From Dicyema japonicum (taxonomy: Eukaryota > Animalia > Dicyemida): a DNA stretch of 64,000 nucleotides. Where the stretch lies: contig RDEW01000021.1 in assembly GCA_011109175.1 (NCBI GenBank), positions 569,080 to 633,079 of the forward strand. Direction: 5' to 3'. Under the pieces are notes generated by a model. That model was not told where the DNA came from. It did no database searches and saw only the letters and a list, made by a program, of their open reading frames with translations. This document shows, in pieces, positions 38,963 through 51,640 of the stretch. How positions within the stretch are numbered: the first letter of the stretch is position 1; each line of letters begins with the position of its first letter. A program made the translations under genes and the position numbers.

Positions 38963-39244
38963 ATGATGGAAGTTGTTCGCGATTTCTTTCATGTTGCCGG
39001 CTTGGAAATGAATTCGGAAAAGTCACTTTCTAATGTTAACTCGCTATCATGTTGTGAGACTCTGGTAGGAGTCAGTGGATATCGATATTTGGGTGTTTTT
39101 GAAGATGAGGGAAGTAATGTTCTTAAAAGCAAAGTTATGGAGTCCATACTTGAAAATGTTAAGAAGAGAATAACCATGCTTTCAAAAACAAAGTTAAATT
39201 CTGTGAACTTATTTCGCGCAATAAATGAATACGCAATGTCCCTA
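38963..39244 (+). mobile_element. R4/Dong-like RT thumb fragment running into the assembly gap
   Basis: GLEMNSEKS, YRYLGVFE and KLNSVNLFRAINEYA; same type as 32520-33760. Confidence 0.8.
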
Positions 39245-39888
39245 NNNNNNNNNNNNNNNNNNNNNNNNNNNNNNNNNNNNNNNNNNNNNNNNNNNNNNNN
39301 NNNNNNNNNNNNNNNNNNNNNNNNNNNNNNNNNNNNNNNNNNNNNNNNNNNNNNNNNNNNNNNNNNNNNNNNNNNNNNNNNNNNNNNNNNNNNNNNNNNN
39401 NNNNNNNNNNNNNNNNNNNNNNNNNNNNNNNNNNNNNNNNNNNNNNNNNNNNNNNNNNNNNNNNNNNNNNNNNNNNNNNNNNNNNNNNNNNNNNNNNNNN
39501 NNNNNNNNNNNNNNNNNNNNNNNNNNNNNNNNNNNNNNNNNNNNNNNNNNNNNNNNNNNNNNNNNNNNNNNNNNNNNNNNNNNNNNNNNNNNNNNNNNNN
39601 NNNNNNNNNNNNNNNNNNNNNNNNNNNNNNNNNNNNNNNNNNNNNNNNNNNNNNNNNNNNNNNNNNNNNNNNNNNNNNNNNNNNNNNNNNNNNNNNNNNN
39701 NNNNNNNNNNNNNNNNNNNNNNNNNNNNNNNNNNNNNNNNNNNNNNNNNNNNNNNNNNNNNNNNNNNNNNNNNNNNNNNNNNNNNNNNNNNNNNNNNNNN
39801 NNNNNNNNNNNNNNNNNNNNNNNNNNNNNNNNNNNNNNNNNNNNNNNNNNNNNNNNNNNNNNNNNNNNNNNNNNNNNNNNNNNNNNNN
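39245..39888. other. Assembly gap (N run)
   Basis: Continuous n characters. Confidence 1.
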
Positions 39889-42399
39889 AGTACGCCTCTG
39901 CTACCTCCCAACTTGTGGAACTGGCATGCCGTGAGGACAGCCCACTGGACTCTAACGGAGATATTTTGACTGAATCTGATGTGGAGATGCGGAGTAACAG
40001 GGAGGTTATGGCACACTCTTCTTCTAAGAGAAGAAGAGGGATTACCAACAATCTGGATCAAAATACGCTTAATTAATTAATTAGTTAATTTATTCGTTTG
40101 AAATATTTTGAAGTAAATTGTAGCTAAACAAATAATTAAACTGTTTGGGATTGTCTAGTCCTGGGTAATGGTCACTGTTTTTTAAATTAAGTGACGGCTA
40201 AAGGCTCATTTTTCTAAAGTTTTCGTTTGAATAAAATTTACTGGCTATTCAACAAGTTTCGCTCTCTATTGTGAAAGGAAATAGCCATGTAATGCGGTCT
40301 TCCACACTATATAGTATAGAATTATGTTTTGTTTGATAAATTGAGAAATTACTCATAATCTCCAAGTCCTATCCCCCTTACCTTACTGAGAATAGTTCTT
40401 CATTTAACAGTAGAAAATTGACTCTACAATAATGAAGCAAACAACCTCGACCCAATCAACAGAATAACCAATCAATAATCTACCTACAAATTACACACAC
40501 AAACACACATGGTCATTCATTTCATAGTAAGCAGTCCCACACCCGTCGTTTAACCTCACACCCAGGTACCATCCAGTTATCCATTAATGGACAACTTTCA
40601 CAATAAGGTAATAATTTAGAACTACCATCATCACCATCCCAACCCTTAAAGTACCTTCCCCCTCAATCGTCTCCATTTTCTTCACCTCGGGAATATATGT
40701 GAACGGAAATTGGAAAATGGGGACTCCTCACAGCAAGCTTGCAAAATCAAGTCCACTGTTAAATCAAAGTGGAACTCAGTATCTTCAAAAATGTTATCCT
40801 TTCAATAAATGCCACAAGAACTCCTCAGAAAAAGCAATTTCGAATGTCTCAAGTAGATTATCGTAAATTTCCACATCATAATACACAGATTTTGAAGATT
40901 TCTAAGTTATATAAGTGGAATACTTGAATTTATTCATTTCAGCAACAATATTGTCGAAATTGTTAGCAAATCCCACCTCTGTTCCACAATCCATAAGAAT
41001 CTAAAGCAAGAGCACTGTATATGTTTCAAAAAGTCTGCATATTTGAAGGAGGTGACCTGGTTGGACTCAATTGTTTGAATATTTTGCTTTCTCATCAGTA
41101 AAATTCCATTTCTGCAAAGAATTGATCTGGAAATCACCACTAGAGTAAACTAAGCCAAAACCTTTTTGCCAGGACTAAAGTCGGTCGGCAATATAAGAAT
41201 AAAGTCACATTCAGTAGCCTTGAGTTCTACGGTTCCGTCAGTCAAACGTAGCAAGATTTGTTTTTTGTGACTCTACTTTAAAAGCATTAAATAATTGTTT
41301 TTGGAAAATTTCCAGATTCATCTTCAGTTTCTTCTGTTTGGGGAGTACTGACTGTAAAGGGAACGACTCACATCTACCAAGGATTTTATCTGTATTAGTT
41401 AAATTGTTAACCTGTTAAGCAAAGCTCCTTTGATTAGGTTTTTTTGTGGTTATAATCGGGAAGGGAAGGTTATGTGGAGTTTTTAATATCAGAGACAAGC
41501 CATTGCTGGTATATCAACATTAAAATTGTGTTGTAATCAAATTCAATAGTCTTGAAATCAGATCTTCCCTCGATCACACAGTAGACGAGTGATCCTCTGG
41601 CATCGTTGAGTTTGGCCTCCTTTTCTTCTTATTATGTCTCTTAAGGGAGTATGTGTAGAATTTAGATTGCCTTTGATCGAGTTTTCTATCACGGAAGAAG
41701 CTTAAGTAAAACTTGAAATGAAGTAATGAGTCACTCATCACAATTTGAAATCCAACTCGGAAACAATTTTGCTCCATAATTGATATTGAAAAATTCCATT
41801 ATTTTATCAACATCAAAAGAAACCGCCATTCCCTCCATTATTTGAATATTTATTCAATTTTATATTAAAATAAATTATTATTCATAAAATAAAATTCTAA
41901 CAATTTCTCCCTACATCGGCAGTCGAAAATGATATTCTTCTCAGTTACGCCGACTACATTTTCATAGCTTTACGTGATCAGGACATCCAGATTGTTACTT
42001 CAAGTTTGAGACAAAACCTGGACCGCCTTAACGAATGGTTGCTGAAGAACCACCTATCGACTAAAATTGATAAGTCAGTTACAGCTCTCTTTACATCAGA
42101 CAAGAGACCGGAAAGACGAATGGTCGACTTAAAAACAAGCATAGTGTTTTCCAGTTAGAAAATCACAAAAGATTGTTGGGGTGATTTTCGACATTCATAT
42201 GTTATTCTCCCCCTCTGTTTGAAAATGTTATAACAAAATGTGAAAAGAATACTCTCTGACTTCTAGGTAATTTCTCTAAGGGACTATGAGGGAAGGTTCT
42301 TGATAGAAGAGGTAGAAATTTTGATATTTTATATTTTCTTAAATAGTGATTTTAGATATTAAATTTATTGAACCAGAAAATCACCGTCATAACCAAAAC

Positions 42400-44760
42400 G
42401 AAAAAATTCAGATAATCCCGGCCTCCTTTATCAGTTTTTGCATCTTTTACTGGTGTTCAGACTATGTACCGGAATATCTTGATAAGGACCGGGTTCAAAC
42501 GCATTAATCCTCTACTAAAATTTGCCACACTCACATTAACTATAGATTCAAAGCTTCTGGGCAGGATTTCATTGCAAAAGATTTCCTCAATTTCCTTTGA
42601 TTGAAGGTTATAGATTTTAGTCATGTTCATTACGGCAAGTTTCGTCCCCCAACCAGCACATGCATAATTAATTTAGGTTCATTGTACTGCTTGTAGAGTA
42701 AATCAAATCCATTTAGATTTTTGGAGTCTCTTAGATTTCCCAGCAAAGCCTTCATGAAGTTAATCTTCCTCGTATAAGCCGTTATTACCTTATCAACGTG
42801 GATGACTTCGACGATCCTATGGGTTTTATTTTTCGGGAAAGTTTTCCCTCTAACTAGACGTCAACTAATAGTTCCTCTTGTCTTCTGTATGACATTAAAA
42901 GGGTCTTCTATGGAATTGCTCTAAGTTGATTTCCATAGAGTCGCAAACTTAGATTGTTCAGGCTGTCCTGTAATCTCCGCGTCGGTAATACTCACACCCA
43001 ACAACTATATCATCCGCATAGGACAGTACATGTCGTTGTAATTTTGTGGAATTGGTAGATCATTTGCAATAAGATTGAATAAGAGAGGAGATTATGAGGA
43101 ACCTTTAGTAAAGGAATTTGGTAATAGTTTCAATACAGAACATCGTTTACCTTGGAGTACTCAGGAAATTCCCCAACTATAACTTCAGGTTTCTGTCAAT
43201 GTTAAAGAAATAAATTGTGTGGGATAATTTTCCTTAGAAAAAAGTCAAATACCTTCCGGACGTGGATTGACAATCAACTCTTCTTGTTCAAGTCTTTTTG
43301 TATAGGCCATCTGTTATGAATTCCTTTAATGTATTTAGGTGTGAGACAGCTGATCCCCCTCTTTGAAGATATGCCGAAACCTGGTATCTGTGAGGGAAGT
43401 GAGATGTGTGTCATAACCAGCCTTTCTAGGATTCGTGACTGGACACACTCTCACACAATGCTTCAGGAATTTGTTTAGATCCATCTGGTCAAGGTCTCCT
43501 TCATTCTTGCTGTCAGCGTTTTTAATGTTCCGTAATATCTTCCACATTTTGTAAAATGAACCATATTTGTTCATGGCGGTGGATATGCGACCCAGTTTCC
43601 TTCTTTTTAAATGTTTTACACTTTTGGAGATCTCCTTGTTCAATACTGGATCCTGTTAACAGCATATCTTTTTAGATACGTCTAGCGTTTAATTTTAGTA
43701 TCGTATTGCCTTTTCGAGGGTTTTACAGTTCCTTTTCTGACGAATAAATTTCTCCCTCGAGAATCACTTTATTAAAGTGATGTACTGCCTTATCTAGGGG
43801 GTTGAAATTATAAGGATGCAAGTTCATTTTAATATCCTGTCCAGTCAGCATTAATATAGTCATAATGTAACATATGTTTTGGCTGAGTAGATGGAGAGCA
43901 GTTGATCTTATTCAAAATGGGGTTGTGGTCCCTAAGTCATAATTTACGGACCAGCAAATAATTCGTGTTGAGCAAATAGTAATATCCAGCTATGTAACAG
44001 AATCATTATACGGGGTTAGTGTATTACTCTTGGGTCGTTTACAGTGGACAGATTTTCCAGTTGGGAAATAATTAGATTCCTCGTGTCTGGTGGTTGTTTC
44101 CCGTAGATGAAGGGTGTTTGGCGCTAAAGTACTCGGAAACCGGCAAGTTATCAAAATTATCAAAGTCAATCGGGCAAATACACTGTCCTACCCAATGATC
44201 CTTATGCACAAGATCTTGAAGGGCAAACATAGATGTTGCCGATAAAAATAACTCCGAGTGAGGTCTGTACCGATAGCCCAATAACTTCTTTGCTAGAGTC
44301 TTCAGCCAGTTTCCTGAATAAAGAGGAGTTTTATTGAACATAATTCCTTCACTGATAAGGGTCAGTAGACTCCCGCTTCGGATTAATCCGCTCTCGATAT
44401 GATAAATCCATAAAATTTAGGAGTGGTGGAACTTTCCGAAAGCTTGGTTTCTTGTAGGGGGGAGATAACGATCTTGTTTCTCTCCAAGAACAACTTTAGC
44501 CCCGGTGTTTTGCCACTGACTCTATTAACGTTTAGGTTCAATCCGTTCAACTTTCTGGGTCCAAGATTCTGGTTGACATCACCAAAAGTGACGAGTCTCT
44601 ACCAGAAAAATGATCGAACGTGGAGGAACTATCGTCTAGAGGGAACTCCTCTGGATGGTTGTGACAGATACGTGGACAGATCCCCAAGATAGACAAAAAT
44701 CGAAAGTTCTCCAAAGAGGTTATGATCAACGAGTTGTACCACGTGGGTGATCTATTAATT
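42400..44760 (-). mobile_element. Decayed Ingi/Vingi-like LINE with a 2A-like motif directly before APE, then RT
   Basis: LVTFGDVNQNLGP (motif at 44583-44557) is in frame with LNLNVNRV..LQETKL. GS..SPLLFNL and YADD occur near 43000-43100. Confidence 0.8.
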
Positions 44761-45299
44761 AAAGTGATATAAAATTATTGATTATCTTAGTGAGTATTGA
44801 TTAAAACTATAGGTCGAACTTTAATGAATAATTATGATAATATAATATTTTGAAAACAAATTTATGATAATTATTAACAAAAACATTCTTTAATTTCTAA
44901 ATTATAGGCAATAACTTTTAACTAGTCAAGATTTTCGCGGTTATAAAAGTTATTTACAACGTGTTTAATGCTTCAGATATGAAAAATACGATTTACAAGT
45001 TAAATTGAAAGTCCAGGATTAATAAACGTGGTTTTTGGTATTAAAAAATAAAACAAAATAAAATAAATAAATTGGGTTGTTGAAAAAATAAATAAATAAA
45101 ATAAAATAGTTTGGTTGTTGCGAGTTATTTCCTGTCTGGTTTGTTCTCGTTTCTTAACATTTTTATTATATTCTGACTTTTTTACTATAGAAGATGTCAT
45201 ATATTTAGAGAGATTTTACTCCCCCAGTTCTTCTTAATGAATGTCCTGGTTGTTTCGAGGAAGCTCCCAAAAGATGGTTGAGAATCGGGGGTCTTTTAA

Positions 45300-45641
45300 A
45301 TTTCACAACTTCCATAATTAACTTCTTAGAAACACATTTTCCATACGTAGTTTTGTATTAAAATTTGTAGAATAAAACAATGAAAGAGAAATTAGAGGCT
45401 GTAGAACTGGGTATCTTGAGACCAGATCTGGACCCAACGGAAATTGTAAGTTGTCCTATTTATCTGGAAGACCTGTCACCGACATCCAAAGTCACTGAAT
45501 TGAGATGTAAGCACTACTTTCATCTTCCCTACATTTACGAATGGCTCTCACTAACCTATTTCCTTATTGTAGATTGATTATCCCACCAGTTGTCCGGTTT
45601 GTAGATGCCGCATTTTCACTAATCCTGGTGTTTTTTCCTAA
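45300..45641 (+). pseudogene. RING-H2 E3 ligase gene fragment with micro-introns, probably pseudogenised
   Basis: CPIYLEDL..LRCKHYFHLPYIYEWLS|IDYPTSCPVCR has two Zn-ligand Cys positions read as Tyr. A 24-nt GT-AG intron lies at 45347-45370; the 22-nt intron at 45551-45572 begins CT instead of GT. Confidence 0.75.
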
Positions 45642-45699
45642 ATGAATTTGTTAGTTTTGGTTAGATTGAGAGTTGGTTGTGCGAATCTCTTAGTCAGAT

Positions 45700-47830
45700 T
45701 TAGCTACTACAAGATGGAAAGTGACCTTGTGGTCTACCTCAGGGTGTCAGATGGATGTGTCTTACATAGTACTCAGATAAAGAACAACTTAATTACCCTA
45801 TCCGTTCACTCAATGGAGTTCCCGATTGCGACCATCGAGCACCAGACTACTCAGTATTTTACTCAGAACGAGCAAATGGGACCCATGGTATGTGGTCATA
45901 CATTCTTCCATTCCTTCACTGACACCAGAGAACGTAGCCTCGGATAACCACATCGAAGTGATTACCATTAATGTCAACTCCCTACACTCTCATCATATGT
46001 AGATCCCGTCTTCATCATGATGCCAGCTTGGAATTCCTACCCAACTTCAATAACGTTATCATGACCTTAATTCTAAGGACTATTCCACTCAGTTAACATA
46101 CGAGGACAACAAATCATCTCATAACTCGAACACCATGTTATACTGAACAACCGCAACCAACACACAAGATGTGGAACTCGTCCCGGGGATCCAAACACAT
46201 CTCTTTACCTTTCAATGTGCTCACCCACGAACGCATTGCTGATTAACTGGAATGTCAGATATGACATATCTGTCTGATCCGATCATCATTGAAATGACTA
46301 TTTTCACTACAAAACGATCAGACGGACATTTGCAAACTACAGGAAAACGAATTGGATAACTTTAAGGATGAAATAGAAAGATCTTGGTTGACTTTACTAT
46401 TTACAAATTCACGTATTCAGATAATGCCGTGGCGTTTTAAACTCTGCATATTGTCGGTGAGAAAGAAACCAATCCCCAAAGACTTCATCAGGGATTATAA
46501 CCCTGCTTTAATAATGAAATCCTCCACCTCATTCATGAGAGGAGACGCTTAAAGTGATCGAAGATCAATCAACAAAGAAAACTATCCTCACTGGATAAGC
46601 AACTAACCATGTAGATTTCTAAAGTCAAGAATGAAAAACGGACTGAATTTATTTCTTACCTCAAAATCAAAACCTAAAAATATGGAGATTCATCAAGGAT
46701 GTTCAGGTCAGTCAAACTGATTCCGGTTCCTTTCATTAAGGGATGCTTGTTCTGGTCTCAATTGACCTGAAAAAAAGACAAACTAAAGATTTTTGCCGTT
46801 ATGAAAAGAATTTGATGTCCTATTATTACAATACCAGTCACATTCAAATGTCCAAAGATATTCGATCTAAGAGAGCACAACTAACACGAAGTACGAGGGG
46901 CAATCCAAGTTTCCGTACCGCTAATCCATTGCTTGATCCAAAATGCGTGCAACTTTCCTGCCAAAAACCATGATGGTCTATGTATCCTCCATTTGAAATA
47001 CCTCCGATCTGACTGACTCATTGCTATCATGGCCATTTATGAATTCTCAATCAACCCATGTATTATCACTATGTTATGTAACAAACTGATAATTATAAGT
47101 AGTCAAAAACAACAATGATTCCTCCTCCCCTTCTTACTACAGAAATATTTTCCTTGCCTCAGCTGTATCGATGATTTTGGAAAGAATAGTCTCGAACAAG
47201 ATTTCAGGCCACCTCAACCTTTCCAAATCACAACATGGCTTTCGTTTCTTCACTCAACAACCTCCCATTTATCCACCTCGACACAGTTTATTGCCGACGG
47301 TTTTAATAATTCGAAATCCACTGAAAGAACTGTTCTGGTCTCAATTGACTAGAAAAAAAGCGCTTACATCATTTTCCGCGTGGTTCTCTCAAACAAGATC
47401 AGTTCATCAAATATCCTTCAAATATAGCAGTCCTGGATCACAAACATCTGTTCCGGAAAAACATATCTTGATTCCGCTACTTCCTCAATGGTGTCCGTTT
47501 TCTCGGGGATCCGTTTTCTCATCATCATTTTTTAACCTATACCTCAGCGACATCCCAACAATCCAGAAAACGACCCTTCTATCATACGCCTATAACATTA
47601 CGGTCTCTTGCATTGTCCAAAGACATTTGACTTTGGTTTCTGACCGAATGGTGACAAATTGGATGTCTCCATGCACATCAAAATCCTCAGTGACAATTTT
47701 TATAACTGACCGAAGACAATTTACCTAAAGACAGAGTATATGCCTCGACAACAACTTCTCCCAGTTGTTAAATATCCTCGAAGTCACCTTTGACACGTCA
47801 CTCAGTTTTAACAAACACGTTGAAGTGCTT
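45700..47830 (+). mobile_element. Decayed LINE ORF2 (APE-RT-thumb), same family as 1-1700
   Basis: DLNSK and HVILNN..TR APE motifs; MILERIV..SQHGFR; TVLVSID; FFNLYLSDIP; EVTFDTSLSFNKHV. Confidence 0.8.
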
Positions 47831-48039
47831 TGCATAAATTCGATTTATTACGGAAAAAAGTGAGCATATGGTCATATAGTGGCAGCTCTGATTACGTGGC
47901 TATTTCGTCTCAGGATAGTGAGTGAGATTCACTCAAATAACCATCAGCACTCACGGGGGTCTCATGATAGTGTAGAAATAAGAGAACCAGATGTTTCAAA
48001 GACGAGTGAAACAAACAAAAAACCATTTGGTAGGACTTA

Positions 48040-48290
48040 AACCTCTCAGCTTACTCAGCGGCAGAACATGCTCCAGAGGTACTCTGGAGTAGGCTGTAAG
48101 GGGCAAACGTGTCGATGCCGGTGACGTCCCAGAAAAGAGGTTTCCCCGCTTTAAAAGGGTAGATAGTCATCAAGGTAGATAGTCCCATCTGTTCGTTTTG
48201 CGTCACGCCTGCAAAGACCGACTGGTTCGAGCATGGAGGGATGTCCGGCGATGTCCAAACCTTGTTTTGCACGAAGGGAAACCAAGATTA
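48040..48290 (-). mobile_element. CRE-like RLE C-terminal fragment
   Basis: IYPFKAGKPLFWDVTGIDTFAP..STSGACSAAE. Confidence 0.75.
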
Positions 48291-49225
48291 AACATTCTTT
48301 GAGTAATAGCTGGCCACTCGAATGGTCAGGAAAAGGAATGATTTACCATATAGTACAAGCACTTTGTTAGGACGACGGTAAACTATGCCTCCCCAAGGTT
48401 GGTCCCTTGCATTATGCCTCTCGCCTAAAAAAGTTGCAGCAGGTCCAAAAGTCAGCATTGAGAGCTTTAACGGGGTGTTTGAAATTAACTCCAATGTGCA
48501 CTTACACTGGGGGTCGAGATCCAAACTCTGGGTGACACCTTGAAATGAAGAACATACAAATTATTCGACAATCACTTGACCCGAACCATCCAACATTTCC
48601 ATTTCTTAATTCCACAAACCTTAGACACATTTGGAGAACATTCACTGATATTCAAGAACACTAAAGAAATTCCCACTTTCGAAAAGACCAAACCTGAAAA
48701 AAATGTATGCATGACTTAGGATCTACACGTGCTATAAGAACCTTTGAAGAGAATAAGATACTGGAGAGCATACCTCCTAAAATTAATGTTCAGGACTGCT
48801 TCTTCCGAGGACCGTCAGAGTGAAACTTTTTCGTTCACGATGTGGACATCATCCGTCTATGGTTGGGAGAAAAGTTAGGGATCTCTTTACTTTCTCTAGG
48901 TCTCCGGGACTCGACGTCAAAGTAATGTATATTTGGGAGCATTTTTTAGCTGTTCCCAGTTTACTACATGTTAGCGAAACTGGTTAATAATTTGATGTGG
49001 AAAGTCCTTGGTAAAAGCAGTGTGTTTGGTTCTTCTTGGTAGATCAAGCAAACGAGGGGCATCCAGAACAAAGTTGTCAATGTGACAAACTGGTGACAAG
49101 TTTATTTATTAGCTTAATAACTATTTGTCTCCACTAATTTGTATAAACTATAGAATTAACAAGTATCTATATGTTTGAGTTAATAATTTTATTGTCTTGC
49201 AATAAATATGAATTGGAAAATGCAC

Positions 49226-49294
49226 GTGTCATGTGGTTCGCCGGTTCTGGTGGCGCAAGTTGTGGACCATACTTCACAATCAAAAAAGACCCAC
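49226..49294 (+). ncRNA. Putative HDV-like self-cleaving ribozyme at a LINE 5' end
   Basis: In HDV order: P1 GTGTCA/TGGCGC, P2 TGTGGTTC/GACCCAC(C), P3 CCG/TGG, P4 TTGTG/CACAA, J4/2 with C49281 followed by A-rich bases. L3 is shorter than canonical. Confidence 0.5.
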
Positions 49295-51640
49295 CACCAT
49301 TTCCAATTCAAGAAGACTATCTTTCCTGGACAGCCCCCCAATTGGTCTGCCTCACCCAACTTGGTCGAAGCCCTGCTGATGCTCTCCGGAGATATAAACC
49401 CAAATCACGGTCCACCAAAAGCCCTCGTCCTCTTACAACTAAACATTAACGGAATAAGAGGGAAGGTCCTGGAGCTCAGAGACCTTCTGAAAAAACAGGA
49501 CACAGACATTTGCCTACTTCAAGAAACAAGACTATCTTCCTCCACTCCCTCCCCTGTCTTCCCAGGCTACAACATCATTTGACGTGACCGCCCCTCGGGT
49601 CGCGGAGGTGGAGTCATCACTCTCATCAAGAAAGAAATCCCTTTCACGGAGAGAGCACATCTCTACTTCCTCCATCCCGTTGAATACACCGGAATTTCAA
49701 TTTCAACCAACTTTGGATGCCTAACAATACTGAACCTCTACGTACCTCCTCCCGGTTCATGCCCAAAAGGGTACAGCTTCTCACTGCCAGACATCGTTTA
49801 GCCCATTAACCTATTAGTATATGGAGACCTGAACGCGAACCATCCAATGTGGTTCAAAAACCAACCTGGAAGACGCCAGGGGAACCCACCTGCTATCGAC
49901 GCTGAACCAACTTGTAATATTAAACAATCCCAGATTCAAAACAAGAACACCCTACAGAGCAAACGACAGAACTTCCTCCCTCGCCCTGATACTTGCTTTT
50001 CCAAAAATTACCGCCCTAATCAATTGGTCAATATCATACGACACCACCAGTGACCATAACCCCATCATCACGTTCAAAGGAAGATTGTTCATTGAAAGGA
50101 AAACAATGTTACGACCAGACTACAAAAATGTCAACTGGAGTTTGTTCTCACTTCGTCGATTATAACTTTCATAGTTTTGACCCTAACAGCTTCAACTCTC
50201 TCAATAACGCTTTACTCTACTTCACTGGTGTACTGCGTGAGGGTATGAGGACTTTTATCAAAAGAAAGCCAGTCCACTTCACGAAGAAGCCTTCCCGCGC
50301 ACCCGACTCACTAACGAGAGAAAGAAGTTGCCTAAAAAGCCTACAGAATCAGTCTTGGAAACCAGGACAAAGATCCGAGCCTTGGAGAGAGATCAGATAC
50401 AAGACTAATGTAAAACAGGAAAGAGACTGGAATAGTCATTTTTACACATTAAACAAACAGTCCTCTTTTACAAGGATGTGGAATTCACTTTGGGGCTTTA
50501 CCAACTCTTTTGGACCGCCTCCTTGCAAAGACTTAGAGAAAGATAACTTTTTAAACAAGATTATAAAATTTTACTCCTCCGTAAGCTTCATCTTACACCA
50601 GAAAACTAAGGGTCCACCCACATCCTTTACAAAACCAAAACGCGAGGCAACCTCGAACAGCCTTTCAATGACGTAGTGCGGAAAGATATTCAAAACCAGA
50701 AATCGTCTTATGCAAGTGGTCCAGATGGAATTCCCTCGATTGTACTTAAGAAGATAGGCCCCTACACCATCTTGGCTTTGACCAGAATTTACAACCTCTC
50801 CATCAGTAGGAACTCGATTCCCACTATGGAAATTATCCCATATTTGGCTCAACTCAAAACCTGGACGGGCGATCGACTCATCAGCTTCGTACAGACCAAT
50901 ATCCATTTTGTGTGCCACCTTCAAAATCCTGGATAAACTCATTCTCGATCAGATTAAACCTTACCTCCCAGACGTATCTTTCCAACATGGATTTAATAGG
51001 CTCGTTCCACAACTACCCACCTAACTTGCCTAACAAAATTCATCAAGGAAGACCTTCAACGCAAACCTCGGCATCAAAAGACCATTATGTGTACCATTTG
51101 ACTAATACCTAGGAAACTACTCACTATGAAGATCTATGGCTCTAACATTCCGAACAACCTGAAGATTTGACTTTTGACTTGCTAACTTCCTCAACGGACT
51201 AAGAGGAAGAGTAATCTCCCATTCGACATTTTCAATCACTAAATTTCTACCGAACGGGGTCTTCAAGGATCCCTCTCTCTCCCATTCTATTCAACCTATT
51301 CATGAGCGACATGCCTTCCTACAGCTGCGACGATACCCCATTCCTTGCTTACACCGACGACTTAATCCTAGGAACAAAAGACCAATGCATCCACACAGCG
51401 GGTTCCCGCTTACAAGATTAACTGGATAGCCTGAACTGTTGGCTTACGAGGAACCAACTACACACAAGTCCTGAAAACTCTATGACTAACTCAGCGTCTC
51501 CATTGACTCTAAATGGAATAACAATCCCCTCCACAAATTCAACCAAAATACTGGGGGTCACATATGACCCACTAATGACCTTCAACAAACATGTGAGCAA
51601 CACTCCTCCTCGTCATTAAAACCAACCCCATAAAGACCTC
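49226..51640 (+). mobile_element. Single-ORF Ingi/Vingi-like LINE: HDV-like head, leader, 2A-like motif, APE, RT; decayed and 3'-truncated
   Basis: LVEALLMLSGDINPNHGP-PKALVLLQLNINGI..LQETRL; GDLNANHPMW; ASGPDG; QGS..SPILFNLFMSDMP; YTDD; KILGVTYD. There is no room for a gag ORF1 between the head and APE. Confidence 0.9.

Noticed and set aside
38963-40076. Long 269-323-aa ORFs in the track
   Set aside because: Artefacts of translating through the N gap.
46168-46188. DVELVPG as another 2A-like motif
   Set aside because: It is off-frame inside the APE C-terminal region, whose real frame reads ILNN..TRCGTRPGDPNTS.
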